64,000 nucleotides of DNA. It comes from Felis catus. Its lineage: Eukaryota. Made by a program: the position numbers and the translations under genes. The stretch is taken from assembly GCF_018350175.1 (NCBI RefSeq), contig NC_058369.1:14200001-14264000 (forward strand), written 5' to 3'. The notes under the pieces were generated by a model. It made no database searches. It saw only the letters and a program-made list of their open reading frames with translations, and was not told where the DNA came from. The first letter of the stretch is position 1; every line of letters starts with the position of its first letter. Positions 1 through 12,630 of the stretch are shown piece after piece.

Positions 1-17
1 CATTGTCTTGACGTCAA
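1..17 (-). CDS. SUGP2: SUGP2 exon 6, 5' end only (runs off the window); start of second SURP-region sequence
   Basis: Minus strand tttgtttttatag|TTGACGTCAAGACAATG; phase 1 from exon 5 gives (V)DVKTM, matching recalled orthologue IDMKTMETAEKLARF. Confidence 0.85.
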
Positions 18-1055
18 CTATAAAACAAAGCAACTGTCGTGTGTCAGTTCTAGGCTGCTGCTTCCAATTTCAACTTTGGGGGACTGTGGAGACTAATTAC
101 AGAGACAGCCCTTGTGTCCCCTCACTGCATCCTTGCCCTTTGCCATAGGACTCTGCAGCTCTCTCCACAAATTGGGACTGGCCCTGGGACTCCTGCTGAC
201 CAACAGAATGTGGCATAAGGGTGGAACCTGGGCTTCGGAGGTCTCGAGCCCCCCTACTGCCTCTCCTGGAGGCCCAACCCCAACTGTCAGGTGAACAAAC
301 CCAGGCTAGCTGCTAGGGGGTGACAGGCATGTGGCCCCCATAACCCTGCTACCCCAGCCGATGGCCCCAACCAGTTGCTGCCCATAGACACAAATATAGG
401 CCCAACTGAGTTCAGCAGACTCAGAGCAACACTGGATACCCCCGGTTTGAAGCCACAGTTTGGAATGTTTCGTTATATGGCAGTAGCTAGAGAATGTAGC
501 ACTTGTGGACATTTTTTTCCCCCTCTCATTCCCACCTAGTGCTAAGTGACAAACACTGGTCAGGGAGGGGCAGGCCTACTGCAGAGAGAAAAGATAATAG
601 CCAGGAGAAACCAGAAAGTGCAGGTCAGCTAACCCTGAGGATAGCAGAGATCCTAGGGGAAGAAGAGGCAGCAGAATGAGAGACCAGGGCAGCCCAATGG
701 AATGTAAAGAAGGGCAAGAATGGAGTGAGAAATGGATCAAGGAGCTTAAAGCCCCAAGCATGGGCACACGGCACAACCTGGTAGCCAGCAGTAGGACCTT
801 GCAGGGAGGCACAGTCACCAGGTAGCTCGCTGAGTCAGGTCCACCCTCAGGACAGGAGGAATACTGCTACGGGACTCGAGGGCGAGCCCCTCTAGGAAAC
901 TAGAAAAAAGAAAGTGCCTCCACGTGCACCTGTCTTGGCCAGGTTCCTACTGCTTCTGCCTGCTGCTCAGACCATCCAGGTCGTAACCCCCCAACCCTGA
1001 AGATTGGTGAATCAGGGCTGAGGCCCAGAAGAGGGGGACAGGAATGAGTACTCAC

Positions 1056-1543
1056 CGTCAGCAGATGGGCAGGGAGAGGAAGTCTGAGGGGCTTCAGAGA
1101 CTTCCACTCCTGTTAGCTTGGGGGATGGGCCCGAGGCTTCTGGGCTGGGGTCCCCAGGAGAGGGTCCGGCTGGGTCTGGTGGGCAGTCCTTGGCAGCAGT
1201 ATTTCCATCTGGCTGGGACAGCTTTCCCTGCAATGAACCTGGAGCCTGCCGGGCATGGTGTTTCAGTCTGGCACCCGAGGACAGGAGGGTCTGGGTCCCA
1301 GTGGTTGCTCTCCTCACCTTCCAGCCCCGGAGCCCTTGAGTGCGGAGCAGCCCCCGCCGCCGGCTGGGGAGGAGCTTCTTCTTGAGGCTCCGGATTGCCC
1401 GAGCATACAGCATGGCCCGGACCGCACACTCTGCTGCTGTGGGCTTTTGATCTGCTCCTGGTAAGGTATGGCTCATCCTCTGCATTTCTGCCAGCTTCAG
1501 TTTGTAATATTTATACTCCAGACTACTATCATCAGACAAAAAC
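1056..1543 (-). CDS. SUGP2: SUGP2 exon 5 (488 nt): end of SURP/SWAP motif FLSDDSSLEYKYYKLKL plus Pro/Ser-rich linker
   Basis: Acceptor catacag|G at 1544/1543, donor GACG|gtgagt at 1056/1055; inside ORF 1012..1563; phases fit exons 4 and 6. Confidence 0.95.
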
Positions 1544-3231
1544 CTGTATGACAAAACAGGCACCGAAGGATATTGGTTAAAACACCACCCGATACCAAAT
1601 CATTGCTACAACCACATTTCTGCACATCCTTTCTAAGTGGCAGCCTCCCTGCTGCATGAGAAGCTCTGCTCCATGGACGGCCCAGGTCCCCCATCCTGCC
1701 CAGAGTAACTGTAGGGCAACAGGGAGCTCTGATCCAGCGCTCGATTCCTCTTTGGGTCCCACCATCACCTGCCATGAAGGAACTCACAAACCCTGGTGGC
1801 CTTGTAACACAAACCAGTCACTCTGGAGCCACAGAGACACTGCCATTCTGTCAACTGTAGAACCCATTTTTGGGAGGTGACACCCTTCAAAGGGCCCAGG
1901 GCGGCTGGGTGCTCAGTAACCCTTCAACAGCATCACTGAGGCCAGAGTGCCATGGCTGTGAAATCGTGTGCCAGAGCTGTAACAAGAGCAGTACAGGAAA
2001 GAGGAGGAGGCTGAGTCACGAGTACTGACACAGAAAGACATCCACCATAGGGCCAAAGAAGACAGCAAGCTACAGAGGAACACCAGCATCGGTAAGGACC
2101 CCATGAACTTGCTTTGTGTACATACATCCACATGTATTTACTTTTCTCACACAGGTTCAAAGAATTTAAAGCAAACTTAATTAGCTCTGGGGAATGGATA
2201 AAAAGAGGCATGGAGGGAAACACACATTCTTCACTTTGTTTCCCATTTCACTGGCCCCTTCTTTCATCTCTATTAACCCTTCCCTTCTAGGGTCGGTTTT
2301 TTTTTGTTTTTTTTGTTTTTTTTTTGCCATTTCCTTCTAGCTTCATGAGGTGAATGCTTACGTTTACTCTTATTTCTGACAGATGCGTCCCAGTTTGCAC
2401 TTTTCTCTACATGTGGTTGCAGCTGCATTCGGTGTATAGACCTCCCATGGCTGCTTCCCTCTAAAGAGTTTCCAATATCAGTTCTGATTCCCCTTCACTC
2501 AAAAGTTATTTAGAAGCAGGTTTTATTTTGGTTGTTGCTAGTTTTGACTTTTATGCGTTGGGTAATGTGACCCACGTGATTTTCCTTTCTTGGGATGTGC
2601 TGAGATTTTCTCTGTGACCTTATATATAACAGGTTTTTGTGAATGTTCAATTTCAGTCTGTGTTAAAGAAGAATGAATATTATTTGGTGGGTATGGCAAT
2701 ATTTCAGGTGGCCTTCAGACTGTTAGACATTAAGAGGCCACTTACTAGGTGAGGTTCCTGATCACCAAGGACAGAAATCGAATGGATGCCAGCTGCCTGC
2801 ATGAAGCAGGGTGCCAGCAGCACCACGGGACATGGAGTGTCCCTGGCGGGCAGCTCCATGGAACACTCCTGCTGCTGCTTTCTGCACAGTTAAAGTCTGG
2901 CTGGATGTGAGGAAACAGGCTGCATGCTGCCTGAGACACTCTGCTGGGCCAACAGCAGCATCCTGCCAGATGGCACCCTAAGAAACAAGGATTCCTACGT
3001 AAAAGAACACTGACCAACACAGATGGTCTGGTTCTCTTATCAAATGCAGCCCCAGCAAGGGTACCCTTCACCCGGGGCAAAAAGCAGAGTCAGCACCCAG
3101 GTCATCCAGAACCCCAGGATGCAGGTCCCTTTCCCCTGGACAGCTCTGATGCCAAGTTCAGTCTGAGGATGTCAGTCACAAATTAACCTCCCCGAGTTCT
3201 AGTGGACCATAATGTTAAAAGCATAGAACAA

Positions 3232-3436
3232 GGGGTGCCTGGGTGGCTCAGGTGGTTAAGCATCCGACCGTGGATCAGGTCATGCTCTCATGGTTCACGG
3301 GTTTGAGCCCTACATCGGGTTCTGTGCTGACAGCTCAGAGCCTGGAGCCTGCTTTGGATTCTGTCTCCCCCTCTCTCTCTGCCCCTCCCCTGCTCATTCT
3401 CTGTCTCTGTCTCTCTCTCTCAAAAATAAATAAACA

Positions 3437-3472
<36 letters not shown>

Positions 3473-3473
3473 A
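3232..3473 (+). mobile_element. Can-SINE (SINEC) with (TAAA)n tail
   Basis: ggggtgcctgggtggctcag head, (CT)n tract, A-rich tail. Confidence 0.92.
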
Positions 3474-3479
3474 TACACA

Positions 3480-3715
3480 GAACATTCCCAAGCCAGCCTG
3501 CGGGGTTCAAATCCCAGCATAGCCACTTATTAGCCACGAGATTTACTGAATTTTTCTGTGCCTCAGTTCCTCTATCTGTAAGATGGGATGGACAGATGGT
3601 AATAATAAACTACATCATCACGTTGTTGTGAGGCTTGAGTTATACACTTTTACTTGTAAGGAAAACCCTTTAAACACTGCTTGGCATTCATTACTGCTCA
3701 ACAAACATTAGCACA
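3480..3715 (+). mobile_element. MIR-like ancient SINE fragment
   Basis: gggttcaaatcccagc...ctgtgcctcagttcctctatctgtaagatggg core. Confidence 0.7.
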
Positions 3716-4511
3716 TCATCTTTACCTGCTTATACCCGCTCACTGTGTTGTAACTATTCCCTTATTTAGATGACATCTACCCATTTCAGAGAATTATATT
3801 CAAGTCTCCTGACCCGATACAGAGCGATCAATTCCTCTTGTATTTCCAAATGTTATTTATTCACACAACTCTAAGCTGCGTAGTTCGGGCATCAAGATTC
3901 CCAACTGTTGCAGCGAAGCAGCACCTGGAAATTGTGCCTGGGACTTCCAAGTCTGGATAATACCTTACCCAGAGGGTTTGGCCTCTGCTTTCCCCTACCA
4001 ATCTGAGCCTCTCTAGCTTCCTTCCTTCAGCATGCACACTGATTGAGAACAAGAGCCTGGATGGGAATCTCAACTCTGTCTTACTAGCTTTGTACTCTTG
4101 AGGTAAAAGGACTCCCTAGGCCTCAAGTTTCTGGTCTGTAGAAGAAGGATGGCATCAGACCCGCCTCATGAGGTTTACGAGGATTCAACCAGTTAGTGCT
4201 TCAATCTATAAAGCACTGAGAAGAGTACCAAGTACAGAGAAAGCAAAAGTGTTTGATAATGAAGTTTTCAATAAATAACGATAGAACAGTTAGGTTGCTG
4301 GTTTGTTTTTTTAACTTTTAAGTTATATGCTCACCTCGTTCTAAACATGAAAATAATCCAAATGAGTGCAAGAATTCTGTAAAAATAAAACCAAATAAGA
4401 TCCAACTGTTCCCCTTCATGCTGCTTAAGACCAAACCTCTGGTACTGTTACATGGAAATTTATGCCTTTCAAGCATCTTTAGTAATTACAATAGCAAGAA
4501 TACTAAGTCCT

Positions 4512-4942
4512 GGGCGCCTGGGTGGCTCAGTAAGTTGGGCATCTGACTTCGGTTCAGGTCATGATCTCATGGTTCATGAGTTTGAGCCCTACATCGGGCT
4601 CTCTGCTGTCACCATAGAGCACACTTCTGATCCTCTGCAGCGCCCCCCCGCCCCTCCCTAATGGTTGGTCTCTCTCTCTCTCAAAATAAATAAACTTAAA
4701 AAAAAAAAAAAAAGGCAGGGCGCTTGGGTGGCTCAGTCGGTTGAGCGTCTGACTTTGGCTCAGGTCATGATCTCACAGTTCATGAGTACAAGCCCTGCAT
4801 CGGGCTCCCCAGTGACAGCTCAGAGCCTACAGCCTGCTTTGGATTCTGTGTCTCCCTCTCTTTCTGCCGCTCCCCCACTCACACTTTCTCTGTCTCTCAA
4901 AAATAAATAAATGTTACCAAAAAAAAAAATTAAAAAAAAAAA
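4512..4942 (+). mobile_element. Two tandem Can-SINEs (4512-4712, 4718-4942)
   Basis: Two heads and two A tails, outer direct repeat aatactaagtcc 4499-4510 and 4943-4954. Confidence 0.92.
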
Positions 4943-5199
4943 AATACTAAGTCCAGTATAGGTACAATGCTGATCAGACAAGGCCTGAATAGACACTGAA
5001 AAAAAGAAACTACAACTAGATGTACTATGAGGAAATGTGTAATCTTTGTTAATTAACAAAGGAATATGAGGTAAAACATCACACTATGAAATTATCTCGA
5101 AGTCAAAACACAGTTGAGGGCACAGCATGCTTACAGAAGATAGCGAGTGTCAACTGGGACAGATAACCCACAAAAAATAACCTGATGATAAAGATCGAC

Positions 5200-5380
5200 G
5201 GTCTCCACCAGGGACAACTCCTGCCCCAGGTGGGTAGCATTTAGGAGGGAGGATTCTACTGGCATCCAGCATCTGGGGGAGGCCAAGGATGCCACTAAAT
5301 AATCTGCAAAGCACAGGACAGTCCCCACCACAGAGGCTTATCCAGAGTCAGAAGTCAATCATGCTGCAGCTGAGAAACAG
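5200..5380. mobile_element. MER20-like hAT DNA transposon relic
   Basis: ctactggcatccagc...gaggccaaggatgccactaaa...cacaggacagtccccc...gctgagaaac. Confidence 0.7.
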
Positions 5381-5412
5381 TGACAGAGATCAAAGCCTGT
5401 AAAGTTAACTTT

Positions 5413-5629
5413 GGGGCGCCTGGGTGGCTCAGTCGGTTAAGCGGCCGACTTCGGCTCAGGTCATGATCTCGCGGTCCGTGAGTTCGAGCCCCGTGTCGGG
5501 CTCTGTGCTGACAGCTCGGAGCCTGGAGCCTGTTTCGGATTCTGTGTCTCCCTCTCTCTGACCCTCCCCCGTTCATGCTCTGTCTCTCGCTGTCTCAAAA
5601 GTAAATAAATGTTAAAAAAAAAAAATTTT
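5413..5629 (+). mobile_element. Young SINEC_Fc-like element
   Basis: CpG-rich consensus-like body; perfect TSD aaagttaacttt 5401-5412 and 5630-5641. Confidence 0.95.
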
Positions 5630-6834
5630 AAAGTTAACTTTGTCTTTAGCCCAGCAATTTCATGCCCAGATATTCCCCTAATAAACTGCCAGAAATGTAG
5701 ACAGAAATACAAGCAAAATGTTGTTCATCATAATAGTATTTACAGTGGGGAAAAACTAGAACGTATCTAAGAACCCACCAATGGGCAATGGTCAAGTATG
5801 CTATGGTACCTGCATACGACGGAAGGAGTGCAACCGCCGATTAACAGGGACAGTGATGTTACATTTGAAACGCAGGACATACTAAGAGGGAGAAACGGTG
5901 GAGGTGAGTGATGGTATCTTTACCTTTTTACTTTTCTCTATTTTTACAAAGGGCATATGCCACTTTTAAAATATTTTCACTTGCAGCAATCAAATCTAGA
6001 GATAATCCTAAACACATAAGAAAATATGAGACGTTAAGTGATTCACTGAAGCAGTTTCAGACAGTATATAATCAAAATCATTCTGAAAATCCAATAAGAG
6101 AGGAATGGCTAAACTCTGGCCACCTTCTCTATGGAGTGTAAATGCAGCTCTCTGAAAACGCTTATGAAGAATAAAGAATATGAACATTTTCCTGTGTTCT
6201 CTAAAATGAGCAGGAAAAATACATATAAATACATACATACAAATAAAAATAAGAACAGGACAGATCATAGTAAAACCACAGCTACATTAAACAGAAACCC
6301 AAACAGCCCACAGTGAGCAGGAAGACTGGAAGCAAACATGCAAAAATGTCAGTAGATGTTGGTGGGCACACAGGTGGCTTCCCCCTACTATCTGTTGTTC
6401 CTGATTTCCACTAAAAAGTACTGTATTTATGGTCAAAACTTTAATTTTAAAAAGTTGTTCTATTCATGTGAAGAGTGAATAAGGCAAAAGAAAAGAGTTT
6501 AACAAAGAGTAGCAGCAACAAGTCACAAACAACTGCTGTGACACATTCCTTATCTTCATGTGCTCTGTGCATGTACCTCTCACCTCATCCTTAAGTCAGC
6601 GCAGAGGGTTGAGAGGTTCCATGCCCGGATGAGAGAAGGCCACATGGCATGCCTGCAGGAGGGCCAGGGCTTGAATGCAGGTGAACCTGACCCTCCCTCA
6701 TGCTCTTCCCACTGGCAAACACCAATGCTCAAAACAGATATCTCACTCACCCTCTGCATTGGATACCATCACGACACCAAGTTTGCCATGTGTTCTATGG
6801 GAGGGATGTGGAGGGCCAAAATTTAAAGACCTAC

Positions 6835-6955
6835 CAGTAAGCAGGGTCCTCCTTGAGAAGAGTTCTCTCTTTGGGAGACAGGCTGCCTCCGACAATGCGT
6901 GTGACCAGCTGGTCGATAGTGTCCACCACCTTGTGATCTGCTCGCTGAGGAACCG
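6835..6955 (-). CDS. SUGP2: SUGP2 exon 4 (121 nt): AVPQRADHKVVDTIDQLVTRIVGGSLSPKERTLLKEDPAYW, first half of SURP motif
   Basis: Acceptor tccag|CGG at 6956/6955, donor TACTG|gtaggt at 6835/6834; not in the ORF track, translated by hand. Confidence 0.93.
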
Positions 6956-7529
6956 CTGGAACACACAAAAGGGCTTTTCTGAGAAATGCATTGGACCGCG
7001 TGGGGCCTGAGACAACCAGGACAGAGCCAGAGGCTTAGGATGGAACTTAAGCGGGCACCAGTGACCAAAATCCTCATTCCCGAGAAACCAGCGTTGAAAA
7101 GAGGAAAGGAGCACAGTATTTTAAAAACCAATATGTAAAATATCTTCCCAAAAGACAGAAGAGCATAAACACTAGGAAAGAAAGTCACAAGCTCACGAGG
7201 ACTATACAGAGCAATGTATGCATATATTCTATAGAAGGAAATGATTTGCAGCAACTCAATTCTGTTTTTCATGTATCGCTTAACTAGAATGTTCACATTC
7301 AGGAAAAAATATAAAAGATATAAAACATGTCTAGGTATAAAACACATAAAAAATATTTACGTTATGATTCCCAATACAAAAGAGGTAAGAAAAGATATAT
7401 AAATACAGACATGTAGTAAAAAAGATTAGAAGGAAATATTCCAGAATGTTAATAGATGTTATCTATGAAAGGTAGATTTACCAGGGACTTCATTTTCTTT
7501 GTGCTTTAGCTATAAAAAATAAATATGTA

Positions 7530-7730
7530 GGGGTGCCTGGGTGGCTCAGTTGGTCCAACTTCAGCTCAGGTCATGATCTCCTGATCCGTGAGTTTGAGCC
7601 CCTCATTGGGCTCTGTGCTGACAGCTCAGAGCCTGGAGCCTGTTTCAGATTCCACGTCTCCCTCTCTCTCTCTCTGCCCCTCCCCAGCTCATGCTCTCTC
7701 AAAAATGAATAAACATTAAAAAAAAATTTT
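7530..7730 (+). mobile_element. Can-SINE
   Basis: Typical head, CT tract, A tail. Confidence 0.9.
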
Positions 7731-8025
7731 AAATATGCATGCTTTATAATCAGAAAATATATAAATTTGCAAAACAAAATTCCCTAATCAAAAAAGTGAG
7801 TGGCCCTAAGGTAGATGTTCATAGAAAATATTTGAATATATGAAAAGAAAAGCATTTCCTAAAGTATAAACTTCCTTCAATATGAATTTTAATTTACAAT
7901 GCCACCAGCAACACAGAAGAGCATCTGTGCCCTCAATTAATAAGACTGTTTATTTAGTTTTCTGATATTTGCTAATTTTAATATCACAGAATGGTCTGTT
8001 CGGTCATTTGATAAAAACCACTCCA

Positions 8026-8215
8026 GGAGGTACCTGGGTGGCTCAGTCAGTTAAGCATCCGACTTTGGCTCAGGTCATGATCTTGCGGTTTGCAAGTTTG
8101 AGCCCCACATCGGGCACTGTGCTGTCAGCCCAGAACCTGCTTCAATCCTGTCACCCTTTCTCTCTGCCCCTCCCCTGCTTCCGCACTAAGGTAAACATTT
8201 AAAACCAAAAAAAGA
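8026..8215 (+). mobile_element. Can-SINE (older)
   Basis: Head and body recognisable; flanking direct repeat aaaaaccactcc. Confidence 0.85.
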
Positions 8216-10188
8216 ATCTGCAAAAACCACTCCTGAACTGGAGAGGTTTGCCCACTTGTTGTGTCGAGTAACTAACTGCATTGTCGTGTCCTTGCCTATG
8301 TCCAAGATACACCTTTGAGCTTATTTTAAGTATCAGTGTAAGCTTTTTATACCGGATAAATTGATTCTTCAATCGTCGTGCTGTTGCAAGTATTTCCCCT
8401 TTGATTATTGGCTCTCATTTTATAGAACTTTTAGTTTTACATGACTTTACAGAGGAGTAAGAGTTCAAAGTCAGAAGCTTTCAAAAACAATACAACTTTT
8501 GGATCACTACAACCACCTCTTGAGAAGGTAACCACAAGCAAGGGCCCTAGCTTTGGCCCCATAATCCTCCTCTTGAGACCAAATTCTACAGAGAACTTAA
8601 AAAATAACAGGAAGAGTCATCAAAGCATTCAACCGAAGATGTCATCTCAGCATTTCTAACAGTAATGAAAGCAGCAGCAGAGCAGTGCCCCACAAGACAT
8701 GGGCTCTGGTGCCATCTACCTGCTGTCCAGACAGCCCAGGCTTGCAGATGTCAATTACTAGGGAACCCGCCTCTGCTTAGCCTCAGAGGCCTCTAGTAAA
8801 AGGCAGCATGAGTCCCACATCAAGGGAAGGGTGAGGTAATTTATGTTAGGTCAGTATCATGATGCAGCAATTGCTGTAGAAACACAGAAAAAGACCTTTG
8901 ATAGTCCTGTAAAAGAACAGACTGTAGTGTTTTCAGTACAGCAAGACAGCAGCTGCGGGCAAACCTGTGAAGCAGCAAAACCAGGGAAGGGTGGTGGGCA
9001 ACTTTAAGTTATGGGAGACTTTTTCATACAAAGTTCTTCAGTACTGACATTACACTGACTTTCCATTCCCCCACTTTGGGGGATGTGGGAAGGAGGGGTC
9101 CTGCTTCGGCCCTGAGCCCACTTCTGGAAGGCTCCCTCTCCAAGAGGTAGGTGTGGCTGCCCATCCATAGTGGGACCTACTCTGTGCCTGATGTAGTCAG
9201 GGTTCCATAAGTGTATAGGGGAGTAAAGAGATTCAGGGACAAATAAGGCTTTCCCACAAGGCTGGGGCAATGGAAGGTGAAAACTGTCTTGGGGGGAAAA
9301 GGACTTCCTCCTCCGGAGATAAAGGGGGGAAAAGTGCTTCCTCGCCGGTCACAAAGCCACCACATAATGCTCACGATTTCTGGGTCAGGTCTGGACTACG
9401 ACAGCATTCATCCTGGGCGCTAAGCAGGAGAGAGAAGGGATACCCAATAGCCAGTGTTTATATTACCTCTTTGTTGGTCTTTCTGGAACCTCCTCAAAGC
9501 TGATTCGTTAACTGCAGGTTACCAGATGTACCTAAGTGATCTATCGATCTTTAGCCATTCTAGAAAACTGAGTCACTCAGGGTAGAAAGGTGCTTCTACC
9601 ACCTGGGCAGACCTGGCTAATCTCTGCCAGTCCCTTGACACAACTCAAACACGGCCTCCCCAACTCCCCTGGGCTGGGATCTCTTCCATCCCCCTTAATC
9701 CTGGCACAGGAGAAGCTGGGTTTTATCATTTCTGTCCCTTAAGAGCCTGGGGACTCCCCAGAGACAGAGCCCAGTGTTTACTTTCCCCTCTAGTAATACC
9801 TTAGGGTGGGAAAGAGGGGGATGCTGTAACAACAAGGGCTTCTTAACCTTGGCTGCAGGTTAACCCCCACACCCGCCAGAAGGCAGAGGCAAAATTGTGT
9901 ACAAATACATGTGCATTTTTCCTGACCAGGGCCACAGCTTTTGATCAGGAGTCTGTGACCCAGAAACATCTAAGGACTTCTGTGGTAGACAGAAGATTCC
10001 TAATATATGCTTACAGAATGCATGGCAGACATGTACACTGGCCAATCGGAGTTTTCTACTAAAATTCTGATGTTTCCAGTTGGCTAAAAAATTCTGTGTA
10101 AAAATCTCAAAGAAAATAAGAGACATTACAAGAAAACATGACAAACAAACTAATCACAAGAAATAGGAACTTTCGCTGCTTTCCTTAC

Positions 10189-11793
10189 CATCACTCAGCC
10201 CACTTGGAGACGTGGCCTGGACTTCGGGTTTGGTAGGAGGAACCGTTTTCTCCTCATCTTGGGTTGGCTCGGGTTCGGCTTTCTTGACCTGGAGGGGACA
10301 CCCACTGCTGACCAGCCAGGCCTTCAGGTGATCGATGTACTCTCTTCCAAACAGAGTAGAGTCCTCAAAATTTGGAAACGCGGCAGGAGAGGGAGCTAGA
10401 TCTTGGAGGCCGACAGCTTCTAAGATTTTCTCTTGCCGGAAAGAAGAGGCCAAGGAGAAAGTCTGTCCCAAGAGGGCTAGAGATTTCCGGCAGAGAGAAT
10501 TGGTGGTCTCCAGGGCAACAGCCAAGTCCAGGGGATTGCTGAGGGTCTTCATTTTGACACTCAGCTCATAGGCATTGCAGGCCATGAGGAGGGGTGTGAC
10601 ACTCTTCAGAAGCCGGTCTTGAAGCCTCATTATGTACTTGTCAAAGGGCTTTATGATTTCAAAAAAGCAATTTTTGGTCTTCACAGCACCTTTGTCTAAA
10701 AGCATATTTAAAAACTCGTTATCAACTCTGGGTGTTTTCAAAGCAGAGTGCTTTAAAAATTTGATAGTAAAAAAGCAAAAATCTCTGTGCTCTGGTTTTA
10801 AGGAGCATTTGAATGAAGCGAGCATTTTAGCACAGGTTTCGGTTTCGAGTTCAAAGAGAGTCTGGAAAAGCTGGGAAAATTTAACATCATCTTTTATGGT
10901 GTGGAATCCTGCCCATTTGATTATTTCTATCCCAAATCTCGAAAAAACATCAGACTTATCTATGAGGTCAAAGCTCATCTTTCTTCTGGGGAGCCGAATA
11001 TCCTTCAGACTGAGCCCCAAAGGGATCTGAGTAGGAAACTGGATATCTTCTGTCCCTGGGTTCGTCCCCAGGGTCACATCAGGACTTGAGGTGGTTTTCT
11101 GGATTTGGTTGGTGCCCTGAGTTTTGGGAGTAATACGGTTTACAGTGGGTACTTTTTTCGTACTCACACTTCTTAGTGTGACAAGCTTTCCAACTCCCCC
11201 TTTAGATGGGAGGAGGCCCTGAGTCTCCCCCTTTCCTAAAAGGGCCCCCTCCTGGTCAACGATGTTTAGACCCCGGCCTCTGCCCTGGACTTGGCCACTG
11301 CCCCTCAGCACAGAGTCTGTCTCCCCTGGACGGTCCACGTCGTAATCCCGACTTTCTTTCTCCAGACACTCTTTCTCAATCAGCCTGGAGGAACCGAATT
11401 CCCCCAGTAGTGCAGAAGGACCAAAACTATACTCCTGCGACCAGGGGGATTCTTGAGAAACAGGGTGGCCAAAGTCTTGTTCCCAAGAGCCACGGAGTGC
11501 AAATTTCCAGTCCTGAGAACGGAAATGTCCCAATTTCCGGTGGCCAAAAACTTGGTCTCGGGAATCAGAGTGGGAAAATTCCAGATCCCGGCCACATTCT
11601 TTGCGAAAGAAGCTGTCTTCACTTACAGAAGGGTTGCTTGATCTGAAAGAAGGTCCTGGAAATACATCACCTCTCAGGCTTTCTCTCCCAGTGTCTCGAG
11701 GGTGGGCTACAGATCCAGCCAGAGTGTATCTGCTGTCACTAGGAATGTCATCATACATATCTGCTCTGGCTCGTGGGACTGTCCTTAGAAGAT
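10189..11793 (-). CDS. SUGP2: SUGP2 exon 3, unusually large internal exon (1605 nt, phase 1-1)
   Basis: ORF 10154..11821; acceptor tttatttcag|ATCTT, donor GATG|gtaagg; DLLRTVPRARADMYDD...LSD matches recalled SUGP2 (SFRS14). Confidence 0.96.
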
Positions 11794-12499
11794 CTGAAAT
11801 AAACGATCCAAAGAAGAACACAAAGGTAATTTAGACCAGAGGCTGCAAACGGACAGTCCACAGACCATCAGCCAGCAAGGGGACTTTATCTGCCAGAGCG
11901 CAGTATTTATTTCCAACATTTAAAATAAGTGTGGCTTTATTTAGAAATCTGGGTTTACTACTTATAAAAACAGAAGAAGACCTACAACCACTGGGCACAC
12001 ATATGCCCTGATGACAGTCCACAGAGGCTGGGCAAAAGTGCCCCTCACTTATTTGGGCTTCCTGTCCGGGCTCTGTAGGGATCTTCTTTTATACTAACGG
12101 AAGGGTGTCTGGTCCCCAAATAATCTGGGCTTCTTTACTAAAACTGGAGCGCTTGTATGTTTCTACTTCTACCACACAGAAGACAGGTTTGCAGGAGGCT
12201 ATTTGCCCTCCTTGCGTCTAAGGAGTGTTGGACCACAGTGCCACTGAGGCAGAAGCCACGGCTGACACTTCACACCCCATAGCCGACCACAGCGGAGCAC
12301 TTGACCCAAAGGTGGCAGACAGGCTCCCCGTGGAAAGGTCCACTGGGCCAACCAATCTTCTGAAATAACAAAGGAACTAAGAGGGGACACAGAAGCTAAA
12401 CAAGCCACAGCAAGAGAGGCCATAATGAAAACTGAACAGTGTGTGTAGAAATGAGAAAAATAGGAATCTAGATTTGCATTTGCTTATTCAAGTAACAAA

Positions 12500-12630
12500 C
12501 TCTTGATTTTGGCTCAGGTCATGATCCTAGGATGGGCTCCACACTGAGTGTGGAGGCTGCTGAAATCTCTCCTCTCTCTCTCCCCTGCTCATTTTCTCTC
12601 TAAAATAAAATTTTAAAAATTTAAAAAATT
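12500..12630 (+). mobile_element. 5'-truncated Can-SINE
   Basis: ctcttgattttggctcaggtcatgatc...ctctctctaaaataaaa. Confidence 0.75.

Noticed and set aside
3232..3320. tRNA-like A/B-box heads throughout the window
   Set aside because: They are tRNA-derived heads of Can-SINEs, followed by CT tracts and A tails, not tRNA genes
10632..11646. Plus-strand ORFs antisense to SUGP2 exon 3
   Set aside because: Shadow frames of a real coding exon; no independent promoter or splice evidence
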